A stretch of DNA of 58,204 nt, the filler included, from Sphacelaria rigidula (Eukaryota): NCBI GenBank assembly GCA_964200075.2. It is 8 parts of 8 records of this genome, joined end to end, with 100 filler letters (N's around TTAATTAATTAA, not from the genome) between each part and the next. Parts side by side here need not be neighbours in the genome. Positions count along the whole stretch, not along the records: positions 36,441 to 43,628 come from CAXNAA020016060.1; positions 43,729 to 50,916 come from CAXNAA020016061.1; 6 more parts are not named here. One strand, 5' to 3'. The notes below the pieces were generated by a model. It searched no databases and was not told the DNA's origin. It worked only from the letters and a program-made list of their open reading frames with translations. Both the position numbers and the translations under genes were made by a program. Each line of letters starts with the position of its first letter. Positions within the stretch are counted from its first letter, which is position 1. This document shows, piece after piece, positions 36,638-50,087 of the stretch.

Positions 36638-37714
36638 ACATCCAGATTTGGTGCATTGAGTGCCTCTGCTCGAAATGTATTGATTTTAGTATGGAACCTT
36701 TGCGCGCCCTTTGTCGAGACAGATAACGAGTTACACAAAAGTGGAGGTCGATCGTTTCCCCGTGCTCCAGGGAATGTCAACACCAAAAATCGTCACCATC
36801 CGCTGTATATATCGTTCGGGGTTTCATGTAGCCTTTAGTATTGACGCTATCTCCGTATGGTGCGTAGCGAAGTCTAGTTTACAAAAACAAGCAGTAATAA
36901 CAATGGAGACTTGCGGCAAAATCCAACTTCATTTCAGAATCAGAGTGGAAGAACTTGAAAGTGGAAGCTGATGAAACTTCAGCGTGGACGCTGGAAAGTT
37001 CAGAACGGAAGCTGAGTGACACGGCTTGATGTGGATTATTGACTTCAGCTCATGGAAAATACGGGTACGGTATCATTTCGTTTTTTTCCTTGATTATGCC
37101 CTTTTCACACCCTATGCCAAATCGGAATTTTCAAATCTCAAAGTTGAGGTGAGGCGGGGCCTGCAAACCTACTAATCCGCGTCTAGGCTGGACCAGCTCG
37201 TAGCGAGTCTGTTTTGTGCCATACCCTGCGGCACCGTATCGTACCGCATCGTACGATACGCTTCACCTCTATTGCACTACCTCACCATGTCTTCTTCCAG
37301 CTGAGGCTGGCAAGAGTGAGGAGCTGTATCCAAGGCAACGTCTTGTTTGCGCCGAGCATTTATATTGCTGATATCATGGCGACCGCAGGGACGACCTCTG
37401 ATTGAGATGCCAAGCGTTGCTAATTTGTGAGTGGTCCATTGTGATGAGCATGACAGTTGAGATGGGTGTCCCATTTTGCTTGTTAGGGTATAGTGATGAT
37501 TGTGAACTGGCTGTCACAGTGGTGGTGGGGGTGGTGGAGATGGTGGTGGTTCCTTTCCGTTTCGTGCTGAAGGCTGACGAGGCACATCGGATTTCAGTGC
37601 GAAGTGCTCACAGCAGGGCTCTGACGCTGAAAAAATGGTGCCAAAGTTTTGGTTCAGTGTGAAATTCATACGTGACGTTATCGGTTTCCCCCCCTTCCGT
37701 TTTAATCCTGAAAT

Positions 37715-38137
37715 AACAGTGGATTCTCGAAAATGGGATTGAAAACAAAAGTAGGGTTCAACTCGAAAGCCGTGCTTTCCCTGACCTACATTCATGACAA
37801 GTGACTTTCATATGAACGACCTCATCCCTCCTGATTCCCCTAAAACTATTTCGAGGGATTTCAGCCTTCCGTTCCCTCAAAGGGTATGTGCGGAAGCACA
37901 CCGTTGCCCCGATTTTGGGGGTGAAAAAAGGACGTGTTTTGGTCCCAAAATCGTGCTTTCGCACATACCCTTTGGAGGAACGGAAGGCTAGAAATCTCCC
38001 AAAATAGTTGTGGCAGGTCGGGAGGGATGAGGTCGTCCATATAAAAGTCATTTGTCATGAATGTAGGTCAGGGAAAGCACGGCTTTTGAGTTGAACCTCA
38101 TTTTTTTTTTCCAATCCCATTTTTGAGAAAAAACATT
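37715..38137. mobile_element. Foldback/MITE with ~175-bp inverted arms
   Basis: 37724-37899 is the near-perfect reverse complement of 37952-38129 (e.g. AAAGCCGTGCTTTCCCTGACCTACATTCATGACAA). The left end AACAGTGGATTCT...AAAATGGG...GGTTCAA resembles 50088. Confidence 0.88.
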
Positions 38138-38954
38138 GATTTTCCGAAAGCCCCAAAGGAAGCAATGAAACTAAACAATGATGAAAGTACAGCAAAGATA
38201 ATAACGAACGAAAAATAATAAAAGTATAAATAAATAATGATAGAATATGAAACTACAAAAAATAATGATAAAATAAAAACGAAAATAAAATATTGATCAA
38301 AAGGTGTTGTCAGTCATGTATTTCGTCGGAACGCGCTACAAACGACCACTGTCATAGGTTCATCGTGAGTCCCTTCCGTTATTACTGGCTTGCTCAAGCT
38401 GTATATTGCCGTTGTTATTTTGTGTAACTTTGTCCGAAGTTGTCGCGGGGAATGGTTTTGGTTGGGGGGTCGCTTTTAATCATGAGGGGTTAATCAAGCC
38501 AAGCCAACGAACAGCAGGGGGGTTCTACAGTAATCCAGGTCATGTTTTGATATTTTCGAATTTGGCACATCCCGGAACTTATTAAGAAACCAAAGGTGGA
38601 CCAACGCCGGGTTATAACGGCAATAACAATATATACTGTCTGGGTATACTAGAGACCGCCGCTAGACAAAAGAATTCCCCGGACCAACTGACACCAACAA
38701 CCCAAAGAACCAATTTTGTTTCTTCGCAGTGAAACAAAAACTGGATATAGAAATGAGGTAACAAAGCTGACCGTCTTTTCCTCCTGTTTTTGTCTGTTTC
38801 TTTTTTTCCCCTAGTTTTCCAATTTTCACAACCTCGTTTTCCTTGTTCTCTTCTTTTCCCCTTCTTTTGTTTTTTCTCTTCCTTTTTGTTCCTCCTCTTC
38901 CCTCTGGTTTTATTTGTTTCTGATTCTTCTTCTTTTTCCGCTACCAAAATACTC

Positions 38955-39180
38955 CCTAGACAGACATGAAATGACGAAGCTAACCACTTTTCTCTTTCAC
39001 CTACCATAACAGCGCGGACAGGAACATAAAATAATGAAGCGAACCGTCATTTTTCTTCAACCTACCATACCACAACCCGGACATAGAAATGATATGATGA
39101 AGCTAACAAGATTTTTATTTTACCCATCAGAACATGCCCCAGACATAGACATGAAACAATTAAGCTGATCGTCTATTTTT
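38955..39180. repeat. Degenerate ~60-bp tandem repeat
   Basis: The pattern GACA-A(G)A(C)AT(G)AAA...AAGC(T/G)AAC...TTTT...CCTACCAT recurs about four times. Confidence 0.5.
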
Positions 39181-40689
39181 GCATTCAACAGAACACAGCT
39201 CGAACTTAGACATGGAATAGCGAGAAAAAACAGTAATATTTCTCCATATTACGACGGAAAACATCCAAGATTCTTCCCCCATATTATAACAAAGGTGGGA
39301 GATAAAATAAGACCAAAAGCCAGACATGTAAGTGTTGGCGTGAAGGTTGACCACCTTACATGCACGTCGAAACAGGAAGATACAACATATATATATATAT
39401 AACAATTACAGATAGGATAAGGTCACCCCGATATCATAAATTCACATGAAGGTTGGGTCTCGTAGTGAGATACCCGTAAGACTTTACCACTTTCCATTGG
39501 GGGGGGTGGAAATCTGGTCGGACATTTTCCTGAAATTCCCGACATTGGGTGCGTAGGCGTCAAATAAAGGGAAGGGGTGGATAATGCATGATATAAACGT
39601 CAAGACCTACTGCACTCATGAAACAAACACCTTATCGATGACCGACCACATGGCCTACGAGAAGGAGCACCAAGCAATTCGTACGTAGACTTTTTGAGAT
39701 CTTGAAGGATAGAAGCTCGTACGAAGTGTGGGGGAATCGTCGACCAAGCTTCGACAGCGAAGATCTACTCGGGAGCATTAGTGGACTAGCGATCCATGGT
39801 GAACCGTACACGGCGTGGGATAACATTATTATGTGCGGGACATCCCGATGTGCGAGTAAATCCTTGTGCTATACAAGCCATCCTTGAACCTTACACGGTT
39901 CACTTAACTACCCTGAAGGAAAGTAACCAGAACAGCAGTGGGTCAAGAAGATACAAAATACGATCGTGAGACGCCTGGATGGTTTACCACGCAGATCGTC
40001 TGGTACAAACGTGGGGTACTAGTCTTAAGGGTGATGAACTTGGATCAAGCCACGAGCCCATGTTGGAGGCCTTATTGAGTATCGGTGAGCCAGCAAAAAA
40101 AAACCCAACAAGTACTAGGATTGGTATGTCCCAGTACGTTGGCCTCATCCCACCACAATACTTAAAACGAACAAGCTTGAGATACTCTCGAAGAGGTGGA
40201 GAGAGAGCCGGTGTGGAAGGGTGGATGGAGAAGTAAAGAGTGGACGGGTGAAGTACTAGTAGTGCCGGTACTCGGAGTTCGTAACGACATGACGAGAATA
40301 GAGTTTCAAATGAAATGCAATGAAGTAGGACTATACTGTTTGGCAATAGTAAAAGTAGAAAGAGAGGTAGAACACTTCCGAGTCACGCTAAGACAGAGTG
40401 CGAGCAAGAAGTGGAAAAGGACAGAGACGAGTACGGTGTCGGCATGGGTTAGAAGGGTAGGGTGGAGAGTATATGTAGATAATGAAATAACAAACCTGAG
40501 AGTCAGCGGGTAAACGGAGGGAAGGAGAAACAGGAACACGGAATAGCGCCCGGAAGGGAAAGGGGAGGGAAGAAAGCGGCCCGAAACAAGTATACAAATG
40601 GGTAACTGGAATCAGGAAGGAAAATCGAGCGAGGGAAAATAGCGGTAAACACGACGGAGAGAGAACAATGGATAAAAAGAGAGTGGGGA

Positions 40690-43474
40690 ATGGTTCGAAA
40701 AGGAAGCTGAGAATAGGATCGTGGGGAACGTGTGTGGATTTGCCACAGATGAGCGCAAAAGAATAGAGATAGCCCAGCAAGCCGCGACCTAGATATAGCG
40801 AGAATCCAAGAGCCATGCGAGAAAGAGGGGGCGAGAATAAGATGCAAAGTCAGACAGTACGCATGGATAGGGAAAAGGCCGAAGGCACAGAACCCCAAGA
40901 ACAGGGGAGCCGGAGGAGTAGAATATTCTTAGTCATGGAATGCCTGTGTGACATCATATAAGTGATCACAGACACAAAATTCCAAGGTTGTGTTCTGTAA
41001 GGTACGGGTACGTTCTCTAGGGTATGAGATTCCGTACAGACTTTACAAAACTGTCGGGTACCGGTTTGGAAGTCTCACAGAGTTTACAGAACTGTCGGGT
41101 ACCGATATGAAGTCTTACAGACTTTACGAAACTTCTCGGGTACGGTACGGAAGGCTTACAGGGAACCGGTACCGGCAGTCGGGTAACTCTTTTCGGGTAT
41201 ACCCGCCCCTCGGGTTCGGGTAAATGTTATGTACAGAACTTACAGAACTGTCGGGTACCGGTATGAAAGTGTTACAGACTTTACAGAATTTGTCGGGTAC
41301 GGTATTGGAGGCTTACAGAGAACCGGTAACGGCAATCGGGTAACTCTTTTCGGGTATACCCGCCCTTCAGGTTCGGGTAAATGTATTGTACAGAACTTAC
41401 AGAAGTATCGGGTAAGGGTATGAAAGTCTTACAGAGATTACAGAACTGTCGGGTACCGGTATGAAAGTCTTCCAGAACTGTCACAGAACTGTCGGTTACG
41501 GTACATACCCCGTAGAATACCCCGGGTATACAGAAAACCGTACATTACAGAACACAACCTTGCAAAAGTCGACGAGAGAATATGAATGAGGGTACCAGGA
41601 GAGCGGGAAACCAAACACTGTTTCCGTAGGGAACATCTGTATGCCCCCAGAACCAAAGAGTGGGGTGAAAGATATACAACGGAAGTTCGGAAAGATAGCA
41701 GTAGATGTACATACGTACAAAAGGCAAGGAGGAGCAATGTTAGTGGGAGATTACAATGCAAGGGTTAGAAAAGCAGGGCAGCCGAATAATATCATTGGGT
41801 AATGCGGGGAAGAAAAGAAAAACACGAATGGGGTAGAGACCCTGATTTCCTTGAGCATAACGAGATCAAGACGCTGAACGATAGAGAACAAAAGCCAGAG
41901 GCGCAATGGACATGGACTAGAAATGCAAAGACGAGAGAGAACGTTCTGTTCTTGACTATATAGTAGTGGTAGCGTACGGGAATAGCAAGAAACTGTAAGC
42001 ACATGTATGCGTAGACGACGGGGGAACTACAGAACACTGTGAACAGAATGCCCACAGACAGAGCTAGAAGAAATAATAGGACATTGTAGAAATGGATAGT
42101 GAATAAACTAGAAATATACGAAAAACCACAAGAGCTCCAAGAGGAGATGACCCAAAATGCAGGGAAATTCTCCAAGGTGTTGAGACGCGTAGGTACAGTT
42201 GATACCGACATGGAAAGGGATCGGGCAGGAGCGAGGACTATAGAAGGATGGGAGCAGTTGGTGAAGAATACAGTCAGGAAAGTCATAGGGAAGAAACTAA
42301 TCGTATGCAACGGAGCAGTAAACTGGTGGGATGAGGAAGTAAAAGAGGCTATAAGAGTTAGAAAAGAGGCCCCACGCAAAATATACAAATATTTATATCG
42401 AGTAACACTACGGTGGTTGAGAGGAATGCACTGAAGCTAGGAAGGAGGTGAAGCCAATGGTACAGAAGAAAAAAAGCAACATGGAAAGATGTAGTTAGGC
42501 AAAACTGATTTCGGTGGCGATATGAAACAAATGTGGGTAGGGATAAAAGGGATAATGGGAAACCAGGCAGAAGAGACGGACAAGGGGATAACTACCCAAA
42601 GAGCAAAAAACGGTAAATGGTTGGTTGTTCGAAGGGGAGAAGTGAAGCACTAGCACAGCACTACAGACAACTAGGGGCACCAACAACTAACGAGAGGTCC
42701 GAGGCGAAACTCGAAAAAGAAACCAACGCGTGGGCAGAGGCGAATGTAGAGGCATCCAAACGGGAAGATAGTGGTTCATCATAATTGCAGAGAAATTCAT
42801 AAAAGAGGAAGTAAAGGTATGTGTACCTAAACTCAGAAACAGAAAGCAGCAGGGGCAGACGGAATAGTGAACGAATTTCCAAAGTACAGGGGAGAGGCAG
42901 TGGTTACCATGATGTTTATGCTGTGTAGTTGGATATGGGAAAACGAGTGGAGTAGTAGTAAACCTTTCCAAGAAAGGAGACAAGGCTGGTCCAGCGAATC
43001 ATAGAGGAATCACGCTGTGAAGCACCGCAGGGAAAACATTCTCTAAGGTTCTGAATGATAGAGTGGGACCGATGCTGGAAAAGGATTACATAATCAGCGA
43101 GGGACAAGCAGGTTCAAGACCAAACCGTAGTTGCGTAGACCATGTGTACACATCAGATAAAATTATTCAAGGTAGGAAGGACGCCGGGCTGACAACGTAC
43201 TGTTTCTTTCTAGACGTACAGTAGGCCTATGACACAGTATGGAGGAATGCGTTGTGGTACAAGAAGTAGGGCACTGGCATACGAGAAAAAATGTCGAGAG
43301 TGATGAAGAAGATGCCAAAATGTGCCAAAAGTACTACTTCCTCTGTCCCATAAGTCTGTATCGTTATGGACGTTTAATCGTGTGGGTATCAATGCTCACG
43401 ATCATGCTACAGTTGGGCTCGTTAGAGAGATAACGTGCAGACGAAGCTGACTGAGAAAAAAAAAGAAAAGAAAA
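40690..43474 (+). mobile_element. Decayed LINE (APE endonuclease + reverse transcriptase) with internal deletion and A-rich tail
   Basis: LRIGSW, RGAGGV and MLVGDYNAR (APE); WWDEEVKEAIR; KKGDKAGPANHRGITL*STAGKTFSKVLNDR...EGQAGSRPNRSCVDH...FLDVQ*AYDTVWRNALW (non-LTR RT). Many stops and frameshifts; RT breaks off near 43330. Confidence 0.9.
40983..41562. mobile_element. hAT-type MITE inserted in the LINE endonuclease
   Basis: TIR CAAGGTTGTGTTCTGTAA(G/T)GTACGG; 8-bp TSD CAAAATTC/CAAAAGTC (7/8). Interior made of ACAGAACTGTCGGGTACCGGTATG-type repeats. Confidence 0.88.
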
Positions 43475-43730
43475 GCTGTTTTCAATACTAAAATCATATC
43501 AAAATATACCCCATTTTGGTCCTTTTGGGTCCACTTATACCCCGATGTTGACCGATTTTGGACGTTTTGACGTCGAGTACTCGCGATTACATGCTGAAAA
43601 GTTGTCAGATGAGGGTGTGTAAAGTAACNNNNNNNNNNNNNNNNNNNNNNNNNNNNNNNNNNNNNNNNNNNNTTAATTAATTAANNNNNNNNNNNNNNNN
43701 NNNNNNNNNNNNNNNNNNNNNNNNNNNNTA

Positions 43731-43920
43731 CTGTTCAGATTCGCTTGGCTCCGAGGTTTCGAGATTGGCCGCTGAACAATAATTCGTGTGCAATAATATG
43801 TGCTTGCCAACATGTGGCAGTTTGCCCAATTAGCTGTGGAGATCGCCGTGGACTCTATTGCACACGGATCATTGTTCAGCGGCCACTCTCGAAACACTGG
43901 AGCCAAGCAAATCTGAAAAG
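43731..43920. mobile_element. MITE with ~65-bp TIRs
   Basis: TTCAGATTCGCTTGGCTCC...GGCCGCTGAACAAT...CGTGTGCAATA mirrored at 43856-43920. Flanks TA/TG, possibly a mutated TA TSD. Confidence 0.8.
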
Positions 43921-44126
43921 TGGGCCAGGTTCCTCTCGGTGGGGTAATACAAAGTGTCCAAGACGTGCGTTGGCGATTTTCCCTGTTTGGGAATGAAAAA
44001 GTGGGTCAAAGGGCCCAAAATTGAACAATCCGTTGGCTAGAAATCTGTGTGCCATAACATCCGGCCCAAGATACGCCCTGAAACGCTTCTCTGCACTGCC
44101 GGATGAAAGTTTCGAAATCGGTATAG

Positions 44127-44548
44127 AGGGTAAGGCAGGTACCCGGTACTGGTATTTGGGACATCTCATACCCCGAAGATACCGACCAAACCGGGTATTT
44201 CCGAATGTCATACCTACGATTCCTACGATACCACGGTATTCCGAGATACCAGTACCCACTGTACCTGCCCAATCGGGTATTTTCAAATGCCGTACCTGCG
44301 ATACCTACGATACCACGGTATTTCGAAATACCAGTACCTACCGTACCCGCTCAATCAGGTATTTTCAAAACTCACACCTACGACGACTACGATACCTACG
44401 ATACTACCGTATTTCGAGATTTCAATACGTACCATACCCGCTCGATCAGGTATTTTCAAAACTCATACCCACGATACCCACGCATACCACGGTATAAGAT
44501 ACCCCGGTAAATACCGATGGTACACTCGGTACGGTACCTTACCTACGG
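44127..44548. repeat. Element built of ~78-bp GATACC/GGTAT tandem units
   Basis: About four units of GGTATTTTCAAA...GATACCTACGATACCACGGTATTTCGA; GGTAAGG and CCTTACC near the two ends. Confidence 0.7.
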
Positions 44549-44679
44549 TTCCCGTGAAGAAGTCAAGAAGTGAAAACACCTCTTGATTGATTGATGTCGC
44601 ACTTTAACTGACCCCCCAGACCTCGTCCATTGAAAGTTGCGTAATGACCAATAGCACATTTGTGCAAAGCTTTTGGGTC

Positions 44680-44919
44680 CGTGACGCCAGCCAGAATAAG
44701 AACTGCTGGATCACTGCTGTTACAGGGACTCCTCAGTCGCACAGGGACTCCTCAGTCGCACTGGCCTCAGTTTCAGTTGTCAGTCTCTGCAACATCTCAT
44801 TATTTCTGAATGCCCTTGCAGACACAGCCTCCCAGACACGCCAGGGTATTATCCCCGTGTCCCCGGTCATTATCCAGATAATCATTACCAACTCAACATA
44901 ACGGCGTGATTTCGTCACA
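44680..44919 (-). repeat. 3' LTR of the Gypsy element (only 50049-50087 of the 5' LTR remains)
   Basis: Bounded by (c)GTGACG...CGTCACA. Its first ~40 bp match TGTGACGCTAGCCAGAATAA-ACTGCTGG-TCACTGC at 50049. Internal direct repeat CAGGGACTCCTCAGTCGCA x2. Confidence 0.75.
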
Positions 44920-47900
44920 GCACCCTCAAAGCGCGTTGGACGAAAATCGAGAAACAAGCTTGACACATAAAAAACTCCAAAACGATGAGCAAGTCACAAA
45001 TGAATACCAAACTCACGCGTAATGCGAGCAGCAACGACTCGAGTCACGCGCAATTCACGCAACTCGTTCGTGAGAAATCCCGGAGCGGCCTCAAAAATAT
45101 CCTTGAAAGGCTTCCACGTACGCTCCTGAACTTCGAAACCATCCCAGTCGACCAACACGATCAACGAATGATAGTCTGCCACTCGGACAATACAAGCCAT
45201 CTGAAACTGCCCCTGATTGAAAGCATGCTGGAACACGTCCTTAACGTCAGCCGTCACATAAGCTGCAAGTCTGCATCAAAACGCAAACGAGTTACATGGG
45301 CAGTCTAAACACGACCCGAAACATTGTTCTGGATGTTGAACACGTGCGGGTGGTGAGCACCAACAACTCTTTGACGGACCAGTCCACGTCACCATCAACT
45401 TGGGGGTAACGCCTGGACGACGCACGCGTGCATACAGGATATAGTCGCCCACCTCGAAATTCGGCAATTCCAGCCCCGACGAGGACCCCGCACGTCTACG
45501 CGCACGTTCAGCGGCAACAAGCCCCTGCACTTGAACGTGGAAACGCTCTTGAAAGTCCAAGAATCCTTGCAATGCACGCTTAATTTGACCATCATCTAAG
45601 AAGTCACAATTTCATTCCCCCGCCGACGAAGACGCTAACACCGAGAAAGACGTCCGAGGAGCACGGTCAAACATCACGTGGTACGGCGTACTATCGTAAC
45701 GATGACGATGCGCTATATTGAGCGCCCATTGCACCGCAGGTAACACGTCTACCCACTCGAATATCGCTGTACGCTGCTCGAAACAAACAGACCGAAGAGC
45801 ACGAACTACTTCCTTGACCATGCGTTCGCACGTGCCGTTAGACCACGGAGAATACGCCACCGCCAACTGGTGATCAACGTGCAAAGCCTCTCGCAATCGG
45901 GCCAAGATCGCATTCTTGAAATGCGTGGCGGTGTCACCCATCCACACACGCGGCACCCCCAAAGTCTTTCACCAATTTAGCAAAGGTGCAGCAGTCGATC
46001 CAGCAGTACACACAGCTCCTGGTTCTAGAGACACAAAGTTGCTCAGAACATCCATGATTACCAAAATGTATCGAAACCCAGCATCCTCCGACAAACCTTG
46101 GGAAGGTAGCGGGCCACTCTTGCCCACGTACAAGAAGTCAAAACGAACGACTTCATTCGGCATGGTCCCATGGACCGTTTCGCCGAGCGGGCGGGAAACA
46201 ATATCGCTCGCCCTCGAGTCAGCACAATGAAGAAAGACACTCGCGGACAAATTCGCGCACATGAGCTTATATCCCCTGCCAAACACAAAACTCTTGCAAG
46301 CGTACGAGCGTCGTAGCCACACCATGGTGCCCGGCGTCGCGCATGTGCGTGCAAATCATCAGACGTACCTGCAACTGCTTGTCAGAACTCGGAATCCACA
46401 AAAAATTCCGGGCACGCACATGCACACGAAACAGACCTTCATTGTCCAAGTACCAACGTCCCACTCGAAGGATTGCACATCCGCATCTTCGGCCCCAAGG
46501 TCTTTCCGTTGCGCTTGGCGGACAACGGATTTGGACGACATCGAGTCATCAGGTTCACACGAACCATACACAGTCACAGCGCGCACGGGCAAAGCCGGAA
46601 TGTTCACCCAACGTGAAAGCAAGCCACCCCACGCGTTACGGTCACCCGAAATGTGACAAACCGAGTAACGATACTGCCAAGAACACCTTTCCAACCCTCA
46701 AAACGTTGTGCCAACGCCTTCGCCACAGACGAAACGCACGCTTCCGGGTTAATAATATACACGAGATTTCGGTGATCCGTGATAATGTGCACGTCATTAC
46801 ATAAAAGATGCTCCAAACGACGAAAAGTGCTCACGATAGCAAAGCCTTCTTTGTCAATTGTGGCCCAACGCAACTGCGAACCCTTGAAACTACCACATTA
46901 AGCCAGCGGTTCATGCGTCATATCCTCGACCTGCAAGCATCGTTGCATTTCAGCTCCTGGTACCTGCGTGACCAAACTACCCTAATGGCACCCACAAGCA
47001 TCCGGAAACATCAACACCTGGCAATCAGGACGAGGATGGAACAGCGTCACGGCATGGGCCACCAGATCCTTCGCTGCCGCCCGCGCCTGCAGCCTGCCCT
47101 CCGTCCACGATGCAGGCGGAATAGCGCGTCTTTTTTCCGCACGCTTCGTCGGCATCGCAGCACCTGCCATGAGTTCTCCGAGGAAAAAGCGCAAGGGAGC
47201 TACGATTTCTGCCATACGCGGCAACGAGGTACGCAGCCAATTCACGGCCTGAAGGAGTTGCATGAGCTCTGCGGCCGTCTCCGGGCGCCGCATGCCAGAC
47301 AAAACTTGCAATCTCACAGGGTCATGAGGTACGCGTCCTTGTGAGTACACTTTCCCACACCACACGAATTTACTAGCGAAAAAGGTACACTTGGGCGCAG
47401 CCGCAAACAAACTAACACTCTCTAAACGAGCACTCAACAGATCAAGCATGTCCGACTCTTGGTTGGGCATCACACCCGGCGACTTCTCAACCTGCCCATT
47501 CACGGCCTTGTAGTCGCCTACCAGGCAGAACGAGCCCATCTTCGGAAGCGCCATAAACGGACTGAACCACACCGCCTGCAAGTTCCGGAACATCATCCCG
47601 AGCGCCAAAAGAGCCGCCATGTACGACGTCAACCAACTCGACTTCACCGGATCGTACCGCCGCGGCTTCGGCTTCACCGGGGACGCCCCAGGTTTTAGCT
47701 GGACACGAATGGGCTCCACGCGCGCAGGGGGATCACCTCGCAGCGCCCGACGAAACGCGTTCACGCGGCGATGTAAGATGCAGCGCAGGCGCTCCGCTTT
47801 CAAGACGCTGAGGCCTTTCGCCACAGCATCCGCCACGCTCTCCTCCAGAGCGACCTTCCGAGCGGACTTCTCGTCCGCCGGATCCATAAACATCTCCGGA

Positions 47901-50087
47901 CCGCGCTCCACCAAGCGTTCCACCGCCTTATCCCACTCCTCGGTCACCTTCCCCCCAGCCTCCTGAAAAGCATCCACCGACAAGCTCACGCGATGACTGC
48001 CCAAAAAGGCGGGCGTCTCCACGCGCGGACCAGGTGAAGACATCCGCGTCTTCATGGAGTCTCCATGGAGTCTCACAACCGCGCATACGGGTCGACTCCA
48101 AGATCCTGAAGCGTCGTCAGCCCCAGAAGAATGACGCCATCCGACTCCGGTATGATCGCAAACGAGATCGGAGGCAATGGCGCCGCCCCCCAGGAATTCG
48201 TGAAAGTGAACTGCAACGGAGCAGTACGCTCCGTGACGGAAACATGCTGACCTGACGCGATGACAGCCTGCCGCGCCCCGAGCAAAAATGGAAGGCGCAG
48301 CGGCACACCCGGGACAAGACGCTCCAACATCTCTACAATCTGCACCGAGAGATTCTTGAAGTGGGCGCCATAATCCAACACAGCCCGAACCGCAATGGCT
48401 CCACGCTCCCGTGTATTTGAAAGACACAGCTCCGCAGGAACGTACTTGTCCGCAAACTCCACTGGCACTTTATCCGCCGACTACTGCGTCGCTAGTCCCG
48501 CTTGACGCCACGGCCGGCTGCGCAAACTGCGTAAGCTGCGCAGGCGAAGACGCCCCGGCAGGTTCAAACGGTACCGTCGGCGGGTACGGCCCCCAGCTAG
48601 CATACCAAGAATTTGGCGAAACTCCAACCAGTGCATCAGCAGGCGTCGGGCCTGGCGTTGCTGCCGGTGTCGCCACCGGCGCCACCACCGGCACCGGCGC
48701 AGTGTTCGACCCTATAGGAATTCGTCCCACCTGCTCCGCTCGTTGTGGAGCAGCAGCACCTACGGTGGCGCCGGACCCAGAACCAAACCCATGCTGACGC
48801 CGCTGCCCTTGCTGCTGCTGCTGACTCGACTGCAGCCCTCCATCGCGGGGGGATCCGCCGCCGCCACCACCCCTTACCTCGTCCTTTGCCCTTGTGCTGA
48901 CGATCCTGATGGCGCGCGGGATGAGACTGCCCAGACTCCCCACCGGAAGACGTTGGGTAATCGCGCGTGTAATGGCCGATCTGGCCCCAGCGGTGGCAAG
49001 TGATGGTCGCGGCGCGGCCGGCCGATTTCGAGCCGTGGTGGCGCAAAGACTTCGGCGAGGAGGTGGACGACGGGCCGAACACCTCTATTTTCCGCCACTC
49101 CTTGGCCTTGGCCACGACGGTGTCCACGACGGTGTCCATCACCAGGTAGGGGTCGGTCTTCCAAATTGTCTCGTGCTGCAACTTGACAAGCACGGCTTGC
49201 TTAAATTTCGCCGGCGCCAATCCCTCCACCAAAGCCTCGGTGATTACCGCAGCCAGGGTAGGAAAGAACTCACCATCGGGGGAACGGTATACAAGTTCCA
49301 CGTTCGGATTTTTAGTGAAGTACTCCTCCAGATTGGACAAGATTGGCTCCACCCGCTCCAACACAGTCTTTCCCCGAGAATCCATGGCGACAGCTTTCGC
49401 CACGGCCACGGACGCTTGGGTCAGCTCCACCTCGGCGCCCGGCGCATGCCTAGCATGCTTTTTGATCGCCGCAATCAACTGCGGCGTGGTGATTGTGCTC
49501 TCGTCATGTTCCAAACGAGCAAAACCTCTCTGCATATGCGTTGGCACTTGTTGAGCCATCGACACCACCTGATGCCGCACAGCACCCCCTGCGTTAGCGT
49601 GCTCCACACGCTTGGTGTACTCCACGTACTTGGTATAGAAAGCGCAAGATGCACTTTCGGAGGAACTATCCCCGTATTGGGGAGGTCGCAACTCTTCCCG
49701 CATAACCACAGGCGTCACACTGGACGCAGGACGCGAGCCGGTCGCCATAGCAGCAGCCGGCTACCTGCGAACCTTCTGCACGCCAGCGGATCTTCGCGAA
49801 TTGCGCACTTCACCCTTGCTTCGTCGCCACACCACATAGTCGCAGAAGCATCCAAACTCTCGCTGCGCGCAGCTTCAGCAAGTCTCCAGTCTGGATTAAT
49901 CACAGGCAAACCGCCTTCCCGCAGCTACCTTAGCTTGAACCCTCTCCACGTGTCCGTGGTGAATCAGGTTTTCCCCAGCTGCCAGACTCTTCCGCCAAAT
50001 TTTTCCAGCAGGTTCCGTTAAGTACTAGCTCTATATTAATATCGATATTGTGACGCTAGCCAGAATAAAGACTGCTGGGTCACTGCC
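44680..50087 (-). mobile_element. Decayed chromodomain-bearing Ty3/Gypsy LTR retrotransposon (gag-PR-RT-RH-INT-chromo)
   Basis: Gag 48636-49748 with a degenerate zinc knuckle (CHRWGQIGHYTRDY); protease AVLDYGA; RT PVKPKPRRY...DYKAVN; RH WATIDKEGFAIV/TDHRNL; INT HMRDAGH, GVPRVWMGD, YSPWSNGTCER, WTGP; chromodomain VLVDWDGFEVQERTWKP. Many frameshifts. Confidence 0.93.

Noticed and set aside
48894-50021. 375-aa plus-strand ORF
   Set aside because: Antisense shadow of the GC-rich Gypsy gag frame; no independent motif.
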